Of a DNA stretch of 64,000 bases, positions 19,713 to 28,705 are shown piece by piece; the first letter of the stretch is position 1, and every line of letters starts with the position of its first letter. A program made the position numbers and the translations under genes. Below the pieces are notes generated by a model, which was not told the DNA's origin, searched no databases, and saw only the letters and a list, made by a program, of their open reading frames with translations. The DNA comes from Pirellulales bacterium. GTDB taxonomy: Bacteria; Planctomycetota; Planctomycetia; Pirellulales; UBA1268. The stretch covers positions 405 to 64,404 of the forward strand of contig JBIIGJ010000008.1 in assembly GCA_044236455.1 (NCBI GenBank), in the 5' to 3' direction.

Positions 19713-21410
19713 ATGCCGACCACGACCGCCACCGCCGTCCTCAATCGATACAGCTCCCGGATCACCCAGCCCCGTTCGCAGGGGGCCTCGCAGGCCATGC
19801 TGCTGGGCACTGGCCTCCAACCGGCCGACCTCGACAAGGCCCAGGTTGGCATCGCCAGCATGTGGTACGAGGGCAATACCTGCAACATGCATCTCGACAA
19901 GCTGGCGGCGAGAGTTCGCGAGGGCGTGACGGCGGCCGGGATGGTGGGAATGCGGTTCAACACCATCGGCGTCAGCGATGGCATCTCGATGGGCACCGAT
20001 GGGATGAGCTTCTCTCTCCCCTCCCGCGACATCATCGCCGACTCGATCGAGACCGTCATGCAGGCGCAGTGGTATGACGGGCTCGTGGCGATTCCCGGCT
20101 GCGACAAGAACATGCCCGGCTGCCTGATCGCCATGGGCCGACTCAACCGCCCTGCCCTGATGGTCTACGGCGGCACGATCCGCCCCGGCCACCTGGCTGA
20201 CGGTACGCCGCTCGACATCGTGTCGGCATTCCAGTGCTACGGCGAATACGTCGCCGGTCGGATCGACGACGCCCGCCGCGGAGACATCGTGCGCCGCTCG
20301 TGCCCAGGCGCCGGCGCCTGCGGCGGCATGTATACGGCCAACACGATGGCCACGGCGATCGAGGCTCTGGGGATGGCGTTGCCCGACAGTGCCTCGATCC
20401 CGGCGGAAAACCCAGGCAAGCTCGACGAGTGCCAGCGGGCGGGCGCGGCGATTCGCCGCCTCTTGGAACTCGACCTCAAGCCCCGTGACATCATGACCCG
20501 GCGCAGCTTCGAGAACGCCATGGTGACGTTGATGACCCTCGGCGGCTCGACCAACGCCGTACTCCACCTGATCGCGATGGCACGGGCAGTGAACGTGTCC
20601 CTTGAGCCAGCCGACTTCCAGCGGGTGTCGCGGCGGGTGCCCTACATCGCCGACCTGAAGCCGAGCGGCAAATTCGTGCAGGAAGACCTCCACTCGGTCG
20701 GCGGCACCAGCGGCCTGATGAAGTATCTGCTCGACAAGGGCCTGCTCGACGGCGACTGCATGACGGTCACCGGCAAGACGCTGGCCGAGAACCTGGCCTC
20801 CAGCAAGGGGCTGGCTCCCGGCCAGAAGATCATTCAGCCGGTGGAGCATCCGATCAAGCCGACCGGCCACATCACGATCCTCCACGGCAACCTCGCCCCC
20901 GGCAGCGCCGTCGCCAAGATCACCGGCAAGGAGGGCTCGCGGTTTCGTGGGCCGGCCCGCGTGTTCGACAGTGAGGAGGCGATGCTGGCGGCGCTCGAGC
21001 ACGGGGCGATTCAGCGGGGCGACGTGGTGATCATCCGCTATGAGGGGCCGAAGGGCGGGCCGGGCATGCCCGAGATGCTCACGCCGACCTCGGCGCTCGT
21101 CGGCGCCGGCCTTGGCAACGACGTCGCCCTGATCACCGACGGTCGGTTTTCAGGCGGGTCGCACGGCTTCATCGTAGGGCACGTCGTTCCCGAGGCTCAG
21201 GACGGCGGCCCGATCGCGCTGGTCCGCGACGGCGACATGGTGGTGATCGACGCCGACACGGCCGCGATCGACATGGAGGTGTCGGACGATGAGATTCGCC
21301 GCCGCCGCAGCGAGTGGCAAGCGCCTGCCCTCAAGGCCACTCGTGGCATCCTCGCGAAATACATCCGTTGCGTGCAGCCGGCCTCTTTGGGCTGCGTAAC
21401 GGACGAATAA
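19713..21410 (+). CDS. ilvD: dihydroxy-acid dehydratase
   Basis: [32 protein letters not shown] and TDGRFSGG motifs. Confidence 0.97.
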   Translation: MPTTTATAVLNRYSSRITQPRSQGASQAMLLGTGLQPADLDKAQVGIASMWYEGNTCNMHLDKLAARVREGVTAAGMVGMRFNTIGVSDGISMGTDGMSFSLPSRDIIADSIETVMQAQWYDGLVAIPGCDKNMPGCLIAMGRLNRPALMVYGGTIRPGHLADGTPLDIVSAFQCYGEYVAGRIDDARRGDIVRRSCPGAGACGGMYTANTMATAIEALGMALPDSASIPAENPGKLDECQRAGAAIRRLLELDLKPRDIMTRRSFENAMVTLMTLGGSTNAVLHLIAMARAVNVSLEPADFQRVSRRVPYIADLKPSGKFVQEDLHSVGGTSGLMKYLLDKGLLDGDCMTVTGKTLAENLASSKGLAPGQKIIQPVEHPIKPTGHITILHGNLAPGSAVAKITGKEGSRFRGPARVFDSEEAMLAALEHGAIQRGDVVIIRYEGPKGGPGMPEMLTPTSALVGAGLGNDVALITDGRFSGGSHGFIVGHVVPEAQDGGPIALVRDGDMVVIDADTAAIDMEVSDDEIRRRRSEWQAPALKATRGILAKYIRCVQPASLGCVTDE

Positions 21411-21422
21411 GCGGAAGTCGGT

Positions 21423-22319
21423 TCACTTCGGCAGCGGCAACGACTCGACCGGCACCGGTGGGCCGGGGGCGATCACGGCGCCGGGTGGGAGCTGCTCAGG
21501 CGCAATCGGCGCACCGAAGACGGGCCCGGCTGTCGGGGCGGGCATACCGCTGGCTCCGGCAGCGGCGGCCTCCGGCGGCTGGTAGTAGGGCTCCGCCTGC
21601 GGCATGGCCGCCACGCCGAGCTTCGCGAGCAGTTTCGACAGCATTCGCTGTTCGAGGAGCGGATCACGGCCGAGCGGAATCCAGCCGAGGTTGCGGGTGG
21701 GAGCGGCCACCGGCCGCGGCTGGTCGCCCACCTGCTGGCCGAGCGTGGGGAGTGGCGTGCCGTAGCGGTAGAGCGAATCGTCGTTGCGGAACGACGCACC
21801 GCCCGTGGTGGCCATCATCGGCCGGGGCATGTTTTCCAGTTCCTTCTGCACCACAGCCTCGATCCGCCAGCCGCCCGCGTCGGGAATGAGCCGCATGGTG
21901 CCGATCCGCCGAATCGACTGCAACGTGGCTTCGAGACGTTCGCGGAAGCCGACGGAGTCGCCCCGCCACGGTTCCAGGAGCGTCGAGCCGGTCTGCGGGA
22001 AGGTATCGATCCGGCCCTCGGCGGGCACGCCATTGGAAAACACCACGCGTTGCTCCGACGCGATCTTGAAGTAGTCGTCGACCACGTCGACCATCTGCGT
22101 CCACACGGTCTCGGCATCCAGCGGCGGGATGACCACGGAATTTTTTGGCGCCGGGGGCGGGCCGGGAACGACTGGGCCGGAGGGGCCGATCACCGTCCCC
22201 TCGGGGAGCGATGTAAAGGGATTGGGTGTCGCGGCGGACGGCAGGAATTCCTGTGCGCGACCGCCCGTCGCGGCGAAGGCAACGGCCGACAGCAAAACGA
22301 CGAGATGCAGGCGAGCCAT
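21423..22319 (-). CDS. exported hypothetical protein (planctomycete-type)
   Basis: Signal peptide; globular core (VDVVDDYF...LLEPW...LQSIRR) with Pro-rich flanks. Confidence 0.8.
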   Translation of the reverse strand: MARLHLVVLLSAVAFAATGGRAQEFLPSAATPNPFTSLPEGTVIGPSGPVVPGPPPAPKNSVVIPPLDAETVWTQMVDVVDDYFKIASEQRVVFSNGVPAEGRIDTFPQTGSTLLEPWRGDSVGFRERLEATLQSIRRIGTMRLIPDAGGWRIEAVVQKELENMPRPMMATTGGASFRNDDSLYRYGTPLPTLGQQVGDQPRPVAAPTRNLGWIPLGRDPLLEQRMLSKLLAKLGVAAMPQAEPYYQPPEAAAAGASGMPAPTAGPVFGAPIAPEQLPPGAVIAPGPPVPVESLPLPK

Positions 22320-22480
22320 GGCTGTTTCCGCGGGGCCGGACCGGAATCCCGGAGGCTGAACGACCGCAGACTGTCGTGAATCCCGCGTTTCGCCTCAAGG
22401 CCAGTATGGGGGGCTGAAAACGAGGCTTTCTCGCCCGTAGCCCGGACAGCCCAGAACCGTCGCGTCCTGCGACAAAACCC

Positions 22481-22591
22481 GGTCTCCCCGAACACGCTTC
22501 ACTCGCTCGGCGGCTCCTCGAACACGTCCGATCGCATAGACAATCCCTGGCTCGGAGGCGCCTGATGCTCGTTCCGGTGTCCGGGGAGACC
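22481..22591. repeat. MITE/REP-like element with 15-bp terminal inverted repeats
   Basis: ggtctccccgaacac ... gtgtccggggagacc (14/15 complementary). Confidence 0.55.
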
Positions 22592-22636
22592 TCGCTTCCG
22601 ATGATGGGGGCATCGAATGCTCTGAAGTATCCGTGA

Positions 22637-22794
22637 GGGGCTGCCCATGCCTCGAGAGCCGGCGTTGGCGGCAAGCGAAGGCAGGATGCCGAGAGCGCCG
22701 CCGCCATCGAGTGAGCGAAGGGCAGCGGGCACCGATCCGCCTCGGCGGATTGGTCGACGAAGCGAACGTCCGGCGACGGGGCATGGGCAGCCCC
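22637..22794. repeat. MITE/REP-like element with perfect 15-bp terminal inverted repeats
   Basis: ggggctgcccatgcc ... ggcatgggcagcccc; internal hairpin atccgcc-tc-ggcggat and recurrent agcgaa motifs. Confidence 0.6.
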
Positions 22795-22860
22795 GAACCG
22801 TCGCCAGTATCGAACGGCAAGTTGAAAACGTGCCCCTACAGTGGGTCGCCCGGCAGCGAC

Positions 22861-23565
22861 CTACATCCCCGCGCCGAGGCGGTTCACCATCTCGTCGAAA
22901 CGGCGGGCGAACCGGGTGTGGGACGTATGGAGGTGTTCGGCCTGCGAAATGAATCGGATGCGGTCGTTCCGCTCGATCCCCTGCTCCGCCAGGATGCGTT
23001 CGAAGGGCGCGCGTTGTTGGGCGTAGACGACCAGCAGCTTGTGCTCGTCGAGTTGCACTTCCATCTGCAGTTCGGGGTGCATCACGGCGATGCTGGTACA
23101 GCCGTCGTCGAGCAGCAGGTCCTCGAAGTCCCAGAGCACGCTTTCGAGCACCAGCCGCTCGATGCCTTCGCGGGCGAATTCCTCGTGGTTCGTCTTGTGT
23201 TCGTGCGTCGTTTCGAGCACGACGTCGAGCGTGTCGCCGAGCGGCTCGAGCAGCTGCAGAAACGTCTCGAACAGCCGCTCGCTGGAGATCGCGGCGACAA
23301 GGGCAGGCAGGCGGGTGCCGCTGCGGGGGTCGACGTAGGCGTCGTGCCGATAGCCGGCGCGGGGAACCACATCGAGCTGCCAGCCGGGTCGGATCGCATC
23401 GGTGAGCGTGAAGGGGCCGTAGTGGCGGCGGGCGAGGTGGGCCTCGAGCGTGGCCCGGTCAGGGCGGGCGATCGCGCCTTCCGGTGTGGCTGCCCGGAGG
23501 GTGGTCGGAGTCGCCGACGGGCTGGAGGACTGGAGAGTATCGAGGTAGTCGTCGAGGAAACGCAT
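22861..23565 (-). CDS. conserved hypothetical protein
   Basis: Well-formed globular ORF with DLLLDDG...QLDEHKLL and EHLH segments; typical codon usage. Confidence 0.8.
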   Translation of the reverse strand: MRFLDDYLDTLQSSSPSATPTTLRAATPEGAIARPDRATLEAHLARRHYGPFTLTDAIRPGWQLDVVPRAGYRHDAYVDPRSGTRLPALVAAISSERLFETFLQLLEPLGDTLDVVLETTHEHKTNHEEFAREGIERLVLESVLWDFEDLLLDDGCTSIAVMHPELQMEVQLDEHKLLVVYAQQRAPFERILAEQGIERNDRIRFISQAEHLHTSHTRFARRFDEMVNRLGAGM

Positions 23566-23826
23566 GGTGACGGCAAAACCCTGGGGGGCGGAAGGGGCCT
23601 GGGTAAGGCGGCTGGCGGGTCGGATTCCCGCCAGGCCCTCAAACCTAGGACACGCTTCCGTGCCGTGCGCCGCACCGGCCTGCATGGCAGCCCGTGAAAA
23701 ATTGGCAGTCGTTGCCGGCTGGGGGGCCTGAACCCCATAATCTCGGGCTTTCCCGCGGATTCAGCTCCCCCTCACTACCGCCCCCTCAGCTCTACCGCCC
23801 CCCCAAATCCAGACAGAGGACGCGTC

Positions 23827-25314
23827 ATGGCAGGCAACATGGATGGAAAAATCGTCGCCACCGGGATCACTTTCGACGACGTTTTGCTGGTGCCGCGGCA
23901 TTCCGCCGTCGTGCCGGCCGAGGTAGACGTGGCCACTCAACTCACCCGCGGGATCCGCCTCACCATCCCGATCATCAGTTCCCCGATGGACACCGTCACG
24001 GAGAGCGAGATGGCGATCGCCCTGGCGCAGGAGGGTGGCCTGGGCGTGATTCATAAGAATCTCTCGATCGAGCGGCAGGCGGAGGAGGTGGACAAGGTCA
24101 AGCGAAGCGCCAACGGGATCATCATGGATCCCGTCACGCTCCCCCCCACCGCCACCGTGGCGAGAGCCCGTGAGGTGATGGATCAGCACAACATCTCGGG
24201 TGTGCCGATCACCGAGGACGGCCGCCGACTGGTCGGCATCATCACCCGCCGCGACCTGCGATTCGAGGAGAGCGGCGAGACCCCGATCGCCGAGATCATG
24301 ACGGGCTCCGGGCTCGTCACCGCCACCGGCACCGTCACGCTCGACGAAGCCGAGAAGGTCCTGATGGCCAACAAGGTCGAGAAGCTGCTGCTGGTCGACG
24401 CCGCAGGGATGCTCACCGGGCTGATCACGATCAAGGACATCGACATGATGAAGCGGTTTCCCAGTGCCTGCAAAGACAGGCAGGGGCGGCTGCGGGTCGG
24501 TGCTGCCATCGGCGTGTTCGATTACGACCGGGCCGCGAGCCTGATCTCCAAGGGCGTCGACGTCTTGATCGTGGACTCGGCGCACGGCCATTCGACGAAC
24601 GTCATCGAGACCGTGGCGGCGATCAAGGCCCGCTGGGGGATCGAGGTGGTGGCCGGCAACGTCGCCACCCGGGAGGGCTGTCGCGATCTGATCAAGGCCG
24701 GTGCGGATGGGATCAAGGTGGGGATCGGTCCGGGGTCGATCTGCACCACGCGGATCATCTCCGGCGTGGGCGTTCCGCAGATTACCGCGGTCTGGGAGGC
24801 GGCGACGGAGGCTGCCGCAGCCGGCGTGCCGGTGATCGCGGACGGCGGCATTCGCTACTCGGGAGACATCACCAAGGCGATCGCGGCCGGGGCCAGTTGT
24901 GTGATGATCGGCGGGCTGTTGGCGGGCGTCGCGGAGAGTCCCGGTCAGACGGTGCTCTACCAGGGCCGCACGTTCAAGAGCTACCGCGGCATGGGGTCGC
25001 TGGGGGCGATGGTGCAGGGGTCGAGCGAACGCTACCGGCAGCGGGCAACGGGTCGCGGTGCCGACAAGCTGGTGCCGGAGGGAGTCGAGGGACGTGTGCC
25101 CTTCAAGGGGCCGCTGAGCATGTTCGTCTATCAGTTGGTGGGCGGCCTTCGGGCCGGCATGGGCTACTGCGGCACGCGAACGATCGATGAGCTCCGTCGC
25201 GATGCGAAATTCATCCAGGTGTCTGCGGCCACCGTGCGGGAAAGCCATGCCCACGACATCGTCATCACGCAGGAAGCACCGAACTACAGCGTGGAACGCG
25301 GCAGCGGGGATTGA
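23827..25314 (+). CDS. guaB: IMP dehydrogenase
   Basis: [19 protein letters not shown] pair, [21 protein letters not shown] and VPEGVEG motifs. Confidence 0.98.
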   Translation: MAGNMDGKIVATGITFDDVLLVPRHSAVVPAEVDVATQLTRGIRLTIPIISSPMDTVTESEMAIALAQEGGLGVIHKNLSIERQAEEVDKVKRSANGIIMDPVTLPPTATVARAREVMDQHNISGVPITEDGRRLVGIITRRDLRFEESGETPIAEIMTGSGLVTATGTVTLDEAEKVLMANKVEKLLLVDAAGMLTGLITIKDIDMMKRFPSACKDRQGRLRVGAAIGVFDYDRAASLISKGVDVLIVDSAHGHSTNVIETVAAIKARWGIEVVAGNVATREGCRDLIKAGADGIKVGIGPGSICTTRIISGVGVPQITAVWEAATEAAAAGVPVIADGGIRYSGDITKAIAAGASCVMIGGLLAGVAESPGQTVLYQGRTFKSYRGMGSLGAMVQGSSERYRQRATGRGADKLVPEGVEGRVPFKGPLSMFVYQLVGGLRAGMGYCGTRTIDELRRDAKFIQVSAATVRESHAHDIVITQEAPNYSVERGSGD

Positions 25315-25417
25315 CCGGGGGTGGGTGGATTCTCTTCGAGGAGAGCCTCTTTCTTGTGGGCCACTTCCCGCCGCGCACCGTCCGTCCACGGCGGCAGGCG
25401 AGGGGCGTTGGGCAGCC

Positions 25418-25667
25418 ATGGCGGCGGTGGCGGGCGTGGCAAGTCAGGCAGGCTGTCGTGGTCTGATCAAGGCTGGCGTGGGTGCGATGAAAGTTGCGGT
25501 CGGTTCCGGGTCGATCAGTATCGCATGCGTTGACTCTGCCTGTGGCGTTGACCGGTCCAACGCGGACTGGCGACGACGGCAGGGAAACCGTGCGGGGGGA
25601 AGCCATGCCCAGAGAATCGTCATTTCGCAGGACGCTCGGAACGACAGCCCGGAACGCGGAAGCGGGG
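25418..25667 (+). pseudogene. diverged, internally deleted partial duplicate of guaB (pseudogene or small ORF 25418-25759)
   Basis: 25436-25570 matches guaB 24661-24795 ungapped (89/135 nt, 21/45 aa, hand count); 25601-25667 matches guaB 25243-25309 (54/67 nt). Confidence 0.8.
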
Positions 25668-26444
25668 CCGAAGCGCGGGGTGCTGCCGGCCGTGATCGTC
25701 GGCTTCGCTGTTTTCGCGGGGGCGTTGCTGCAGGGGCCGGCAGGCGTGGCGCAGGGTGACGACCAGCCGGCAGTCGACGCGTCGGCATCGGTGCCGCCGC
25801 CGGGCTTGATCCTCGACGAGACGGCTGCCCAGGCACTCCTCGCCATGGACGCTGCCGAGGGAGTCGGCGACGAGATCGCGACGGGCAGGCAGCGTCATGA
25901 AGAACAGCGGCTACAGACCGGGCGGCTGGAACAGATCAGCTACGCGGAGAGCGAGGCCGCGCGCGGGGCCTGCGGTGAGCAGTCGAAGGAATGCCAGGAG
26001 GCGCTCAAAACATTGCGTGACGACGACATCGCTTCGATCGCGCTCGACATCCGCGTCGGCGGGCGGCCGGGCAGCGACTATCCCTGCGAGTGTCGGCTGG
26101 AGGGTGAGTCGTTCCAGCCGCGTCGGTTTGCCACCACGATGATGACCTGGAAGGCGGCAGGCAACTGCCACAAGCCGCTCTACTTCGAGGATTGGAATCT
26201 GGAGCGGTACGGCCACTCGCACGGACCGCTCGATCCCGTCTTTTCGGCGGCCCACTTCTTCGTGACGTTGCCGGTGCTGCCCTACAAGATGGGCGTGGAA
26301 CTGCCGTGGGAGTGCATCTATCCGCTGGGCTACTACCGGCCGGGCAGCTGTGCTCCGTGGACGGTGCCGGCGGTGCCGATCAGCTGCCGCGGCTTCGCGG
26401 CGGAGGCCGCCACGGTCACGGGGCTCGTGTTCCTGCTGCCGTGA
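25605..26444 (+). CDS. planctomycete-type hypothetical exported/membrane protein
   Basis: WKAAGNCHKPLYFEDWNLERYGH...LPYKMG...LGYYRPG core; start uncertain. Confidence 0.8.
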   Translation: MPRESSFRRTLGTTARNAEAGPKRGVLPAVIVGFAVFAGALLQGPAGVAQGDDQPAVDASASVPPPGLILDETAAQALLAMDAAEGVGDEIATGRQRHEEQRLQTGRLEQISYAESEAARGACGEQSKECQEALKTLRDDDIASIALDIRVGGRPGSDYPCECRLEGESFQPRRFATTMMTWKAAGNCHKPLYFEDWNLERYGHSHGPLDPVFSAAHFFVTLPVLPYKMGVELPWECIYPLGYYRPGSCAPWTVPAVPISCRGFAAEAATVTGLVFLLP

Positions 26445-26459
26445 GGCGGCCCGCGACCG

Positions 26460-27272
26460 TCAGTTCTTCTGGATGCTCGCGATGTAAGCGTAGCGGCGGG
26501 CGACCGATTCGAATTCCACTTCGCCACGGCCCGACTTCCCCAGGTCCACGATCGCGTCGTGCACTTCCGGCCGGTAGTGTACGTGAAACATCGCCAGCCA
26601 TCGCTTGAGGCCCGCTGCAAACACGCTCGGCAGGTCTTTCTGATCCCAGAAGTCGACGATCAGGAGATGGCCACCCGGGCGGAGATTCGCCATCGCCGCG
26701 TCGATCGCGCCGGGCCATGTGGGAATCATCGACAGGCAATACGAAAAGAAGATCGTGTCGAACGGCTCGTCCCGCCCGAACATCCGCTGGGCGTCGAGCT
26801 GCTCCGCCAGCCCCTGCCGCAGCACGATCGGCTCCTTGAATTCCTGCCCTGCCCCGCCCTCGCCCGACTGGGGAGCGGCCGGCGAAGCCGTTATTCCCAG
26901 CGACCTCTCGATGCTCGTCGCCGCGGTTTCGAGCATCTCGTGCGAGGCATCGAGCCCGTAGAGCCGTCCCGCTTCGGGCCGCTGCGCCAGCTTGATCAGG
27001 TTGCGGGCCGTGCCGCAGCCCACCTCCAAGGTGGCGGTGTTCCGTGCCGTGACCACCCGTTCGAGCATTCGATCACGGCCGAGCAGGTAATACCGCCGCG
27101 TCAGATCGTAGACATGCCGAGTGAGCCGATACATCCGGTCCATCGCCGCCGCATGGTCGGTGCCGCCCTGACGACGGTTGTTGGACGATGACACAGGGCC
27201 CAACGCAACGGGGCTGGGCGTGACGGGGCCGGGCGCAACCGTTCCAGGAGGCAGTGCGTCGGGGGTGCTCAT
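26460..27272 (-). CDS. btaB: SAM-dependent methyltransferase BtaB (betaine lipid synthesis)
   Basis: MDRMYR...YDLTRRYYLLGRD, EVGCGTARNL and FSYCLSMIP motifs; ATGA-coupled to btaA. Confidence 0.9.
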   Translation of the reverse strand: MSTPDALPPGTVAPGPVTPSPVALGPVSSSNNRRQGGTDHAAAMDRMYRLTRHVYDLTRRYYLLGRDRMLERVVTARNTATLEVGCGTARNLIKLAQRPEAGRLYGLDASHEMLETAATSIERSLGITASPAAPQSGEGGAGQEFKEPIVLRQGLAEQLDAQRMFGRDEPFDTIFFSYCLSMIPTWPGAIDAAMANLRPGGHLLIVDFWDQKDLPSVFAAGLKRWLAMFHVHYRPEVHDAIVDLGKSGRGEVEFESVARRYAYIASIQKN

Positions 27273-28543
27273 GATGCGGCCGAGCCTCCCACCATCTCGT
27301 ACAGGTGAAACATGCCGTAGATCGCCGAGCGATCCTGGAGGTGCAACTCACGGGCCCGCTCCTCGCGAGCGACGAACCGGGCCTTGTTCTCCGGCGAGAG
27401 TGCCGCATCCACCGGCGACTTTTCGCCCGCGGTACGGAAGATCACCCGCGTGCCGGGGCCGCCGACCCTCGCGATGTGGCCCCAGAGTTCGTCGATCACC
27501 GCCGGCGGCATCCAGTCCTGACTGTCGAGCAGGATGAAGCTGTTGAGGCTGCCCGGCTTTTCCTCCCGCAGTTGGTCGGAGAGCGAGGCGACGTGGGTTT
27601 CCACGCGGGGTGCCATCGCCTTGATCGTCTCGTAGTTTTCCGGCTTGAGGTAGTCGGGGAGCGCCCGGCGGCCCTCGTGGTCATAGCGGCGGCCGAACGC
27701 CTGCCATGCGAAATAGTTGTCGTCGAGCGGAAAGCCACAGGCGAGGCGGCGGACCCGCTGCTTGTACATGTCGAAAAGCTTGCCGCCGTCGTTGTCCTGC
27801 TCCTCGAGCATCGCCGCATGCTGGCTCGGGGGGATGCCGAGGCTGTAGACCGCCACCGGCTGCCGGCCCATCCACCGCACGAGCCTGTTCTCGAACAGCG
27901 GGCTGAACGTCTCGTCGAAGATCTTCTCCTGCTCGGCCACCGTCCGGGCCGCCAGCAGCCGGGCCGGATCGCGGCGCAGCCCCCGCGCCAGACCGTGCAC
28001 AACCCGGAAAAACTGCCCGAGCTTCGCCTGGTTGTAGAGGCCGCGTTTGAAGTAACCGATCCGCTTGGGGCCGATCGTGTTGCCGGGCCAGTCGCTCGAC
28101 TCCCAATAGGTCCGCGTCTGCGGATCGAGATGCTCGCGGATGTAGCGGCGGTAGTTGACGAGGTTGTCGTCGTGCTGGCCGTACCCGAAAAACTTGTAGA
28201 ACGAGTCGTAGTCGGGGAGGTGCTTGATGGCGGCCAGCTTCAGCCGCGTCAGGCACATGTGGTTGTGGTTCAAGTCGACCGCAACGATGCGCTTCGGCTT
28301 GTGGACCAGATAGTTGAGGACGTTGCAGCCACCGCTGGAGATCGTGAACAGGCTCGATTCCGGGCCGATCTGGAGGGCCTGAGCGTCGACCCGGGGATCC
28401 TCCCAGATCTGGTTGTAGACGAAGCCGCGGAACCACAGCGTGAACATGCGTTCGAGCATGCCACGCTTGCTGGTGATCTTGTGGTGGTGGACGGCCTTCT
28501 TGAGATGGGCCGTGGTGCTCGGGCGGGCGGCAAGTTGGGTCAT
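27269..28543 (-). CDS. btaA: SAM:diacylglycerol 3-amino-3-carboxypropyl transferase BtaA (DUF3419)
   Basis: VYNQIWEDPRVD, ISSGGCN, DNYFAWQAFGRRY, LLDSQDWM and DRSAIYG motifs. Confidence 0.92.
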   Translation of the reverse strand: MTQLAARPSTTAHLKKAVHHHKITSKRGMLERMFTLWFRGFVYNQIWEDPRVDAQALQIGPESSLFTISSGGCNVLNYLVHKPKRIVAVDLNHNHMCLTRLKLAAIKHLPDYDSFYKFFGYGQHDDNLVNYRRYIREHLDPQTRTYWESSDWPGNTIGPKRIGYFKRGLYNQAKLGQFFRVVHGLARGLRRDPARLLAARTVAEQEKIFDETFSPLFENRLVRWMGRQPVAVYSLGIPPSQHAAMLEEQDNDGGKLFDMYKQRVRRLACGFPLDDNYFAWQAFGRRYDHEGRRALPDYLKPENYETIKAMAPRVETHVASLSDQLREEKPGSLNSFILLDSQDWMPPAVIDELWGHIARVGGPGTRVIFRTAGEKSPVDAALSPENKARFVAREERARELHLQDRSAIYGMFHLYEMVGGSAAS

Positions 28544-28705
28544 CGCTGGGCTTCCGGGCCGTGGGGGGCGAAACGAGCATTTCAGTGTAGCCGAGCAGGC
28601 CCGGAACCGTCGATGGTGCCGGCCGGGCCCGTGAATCCAGCCGGGCGCAGGCCCGCCAGGTAAAAACGACAAGAAGTCGTGTTTTTCGTGAACGCAGCGA
28701 GCCAG

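Noticed and set aside
25231-25667. guaB tail and its downstream copy as a diversity-generating retroelement VR/TR pair
   Set aside because: Mismatches involve all four bases, not only adenines, and no reverse transcriptase is present in the window.
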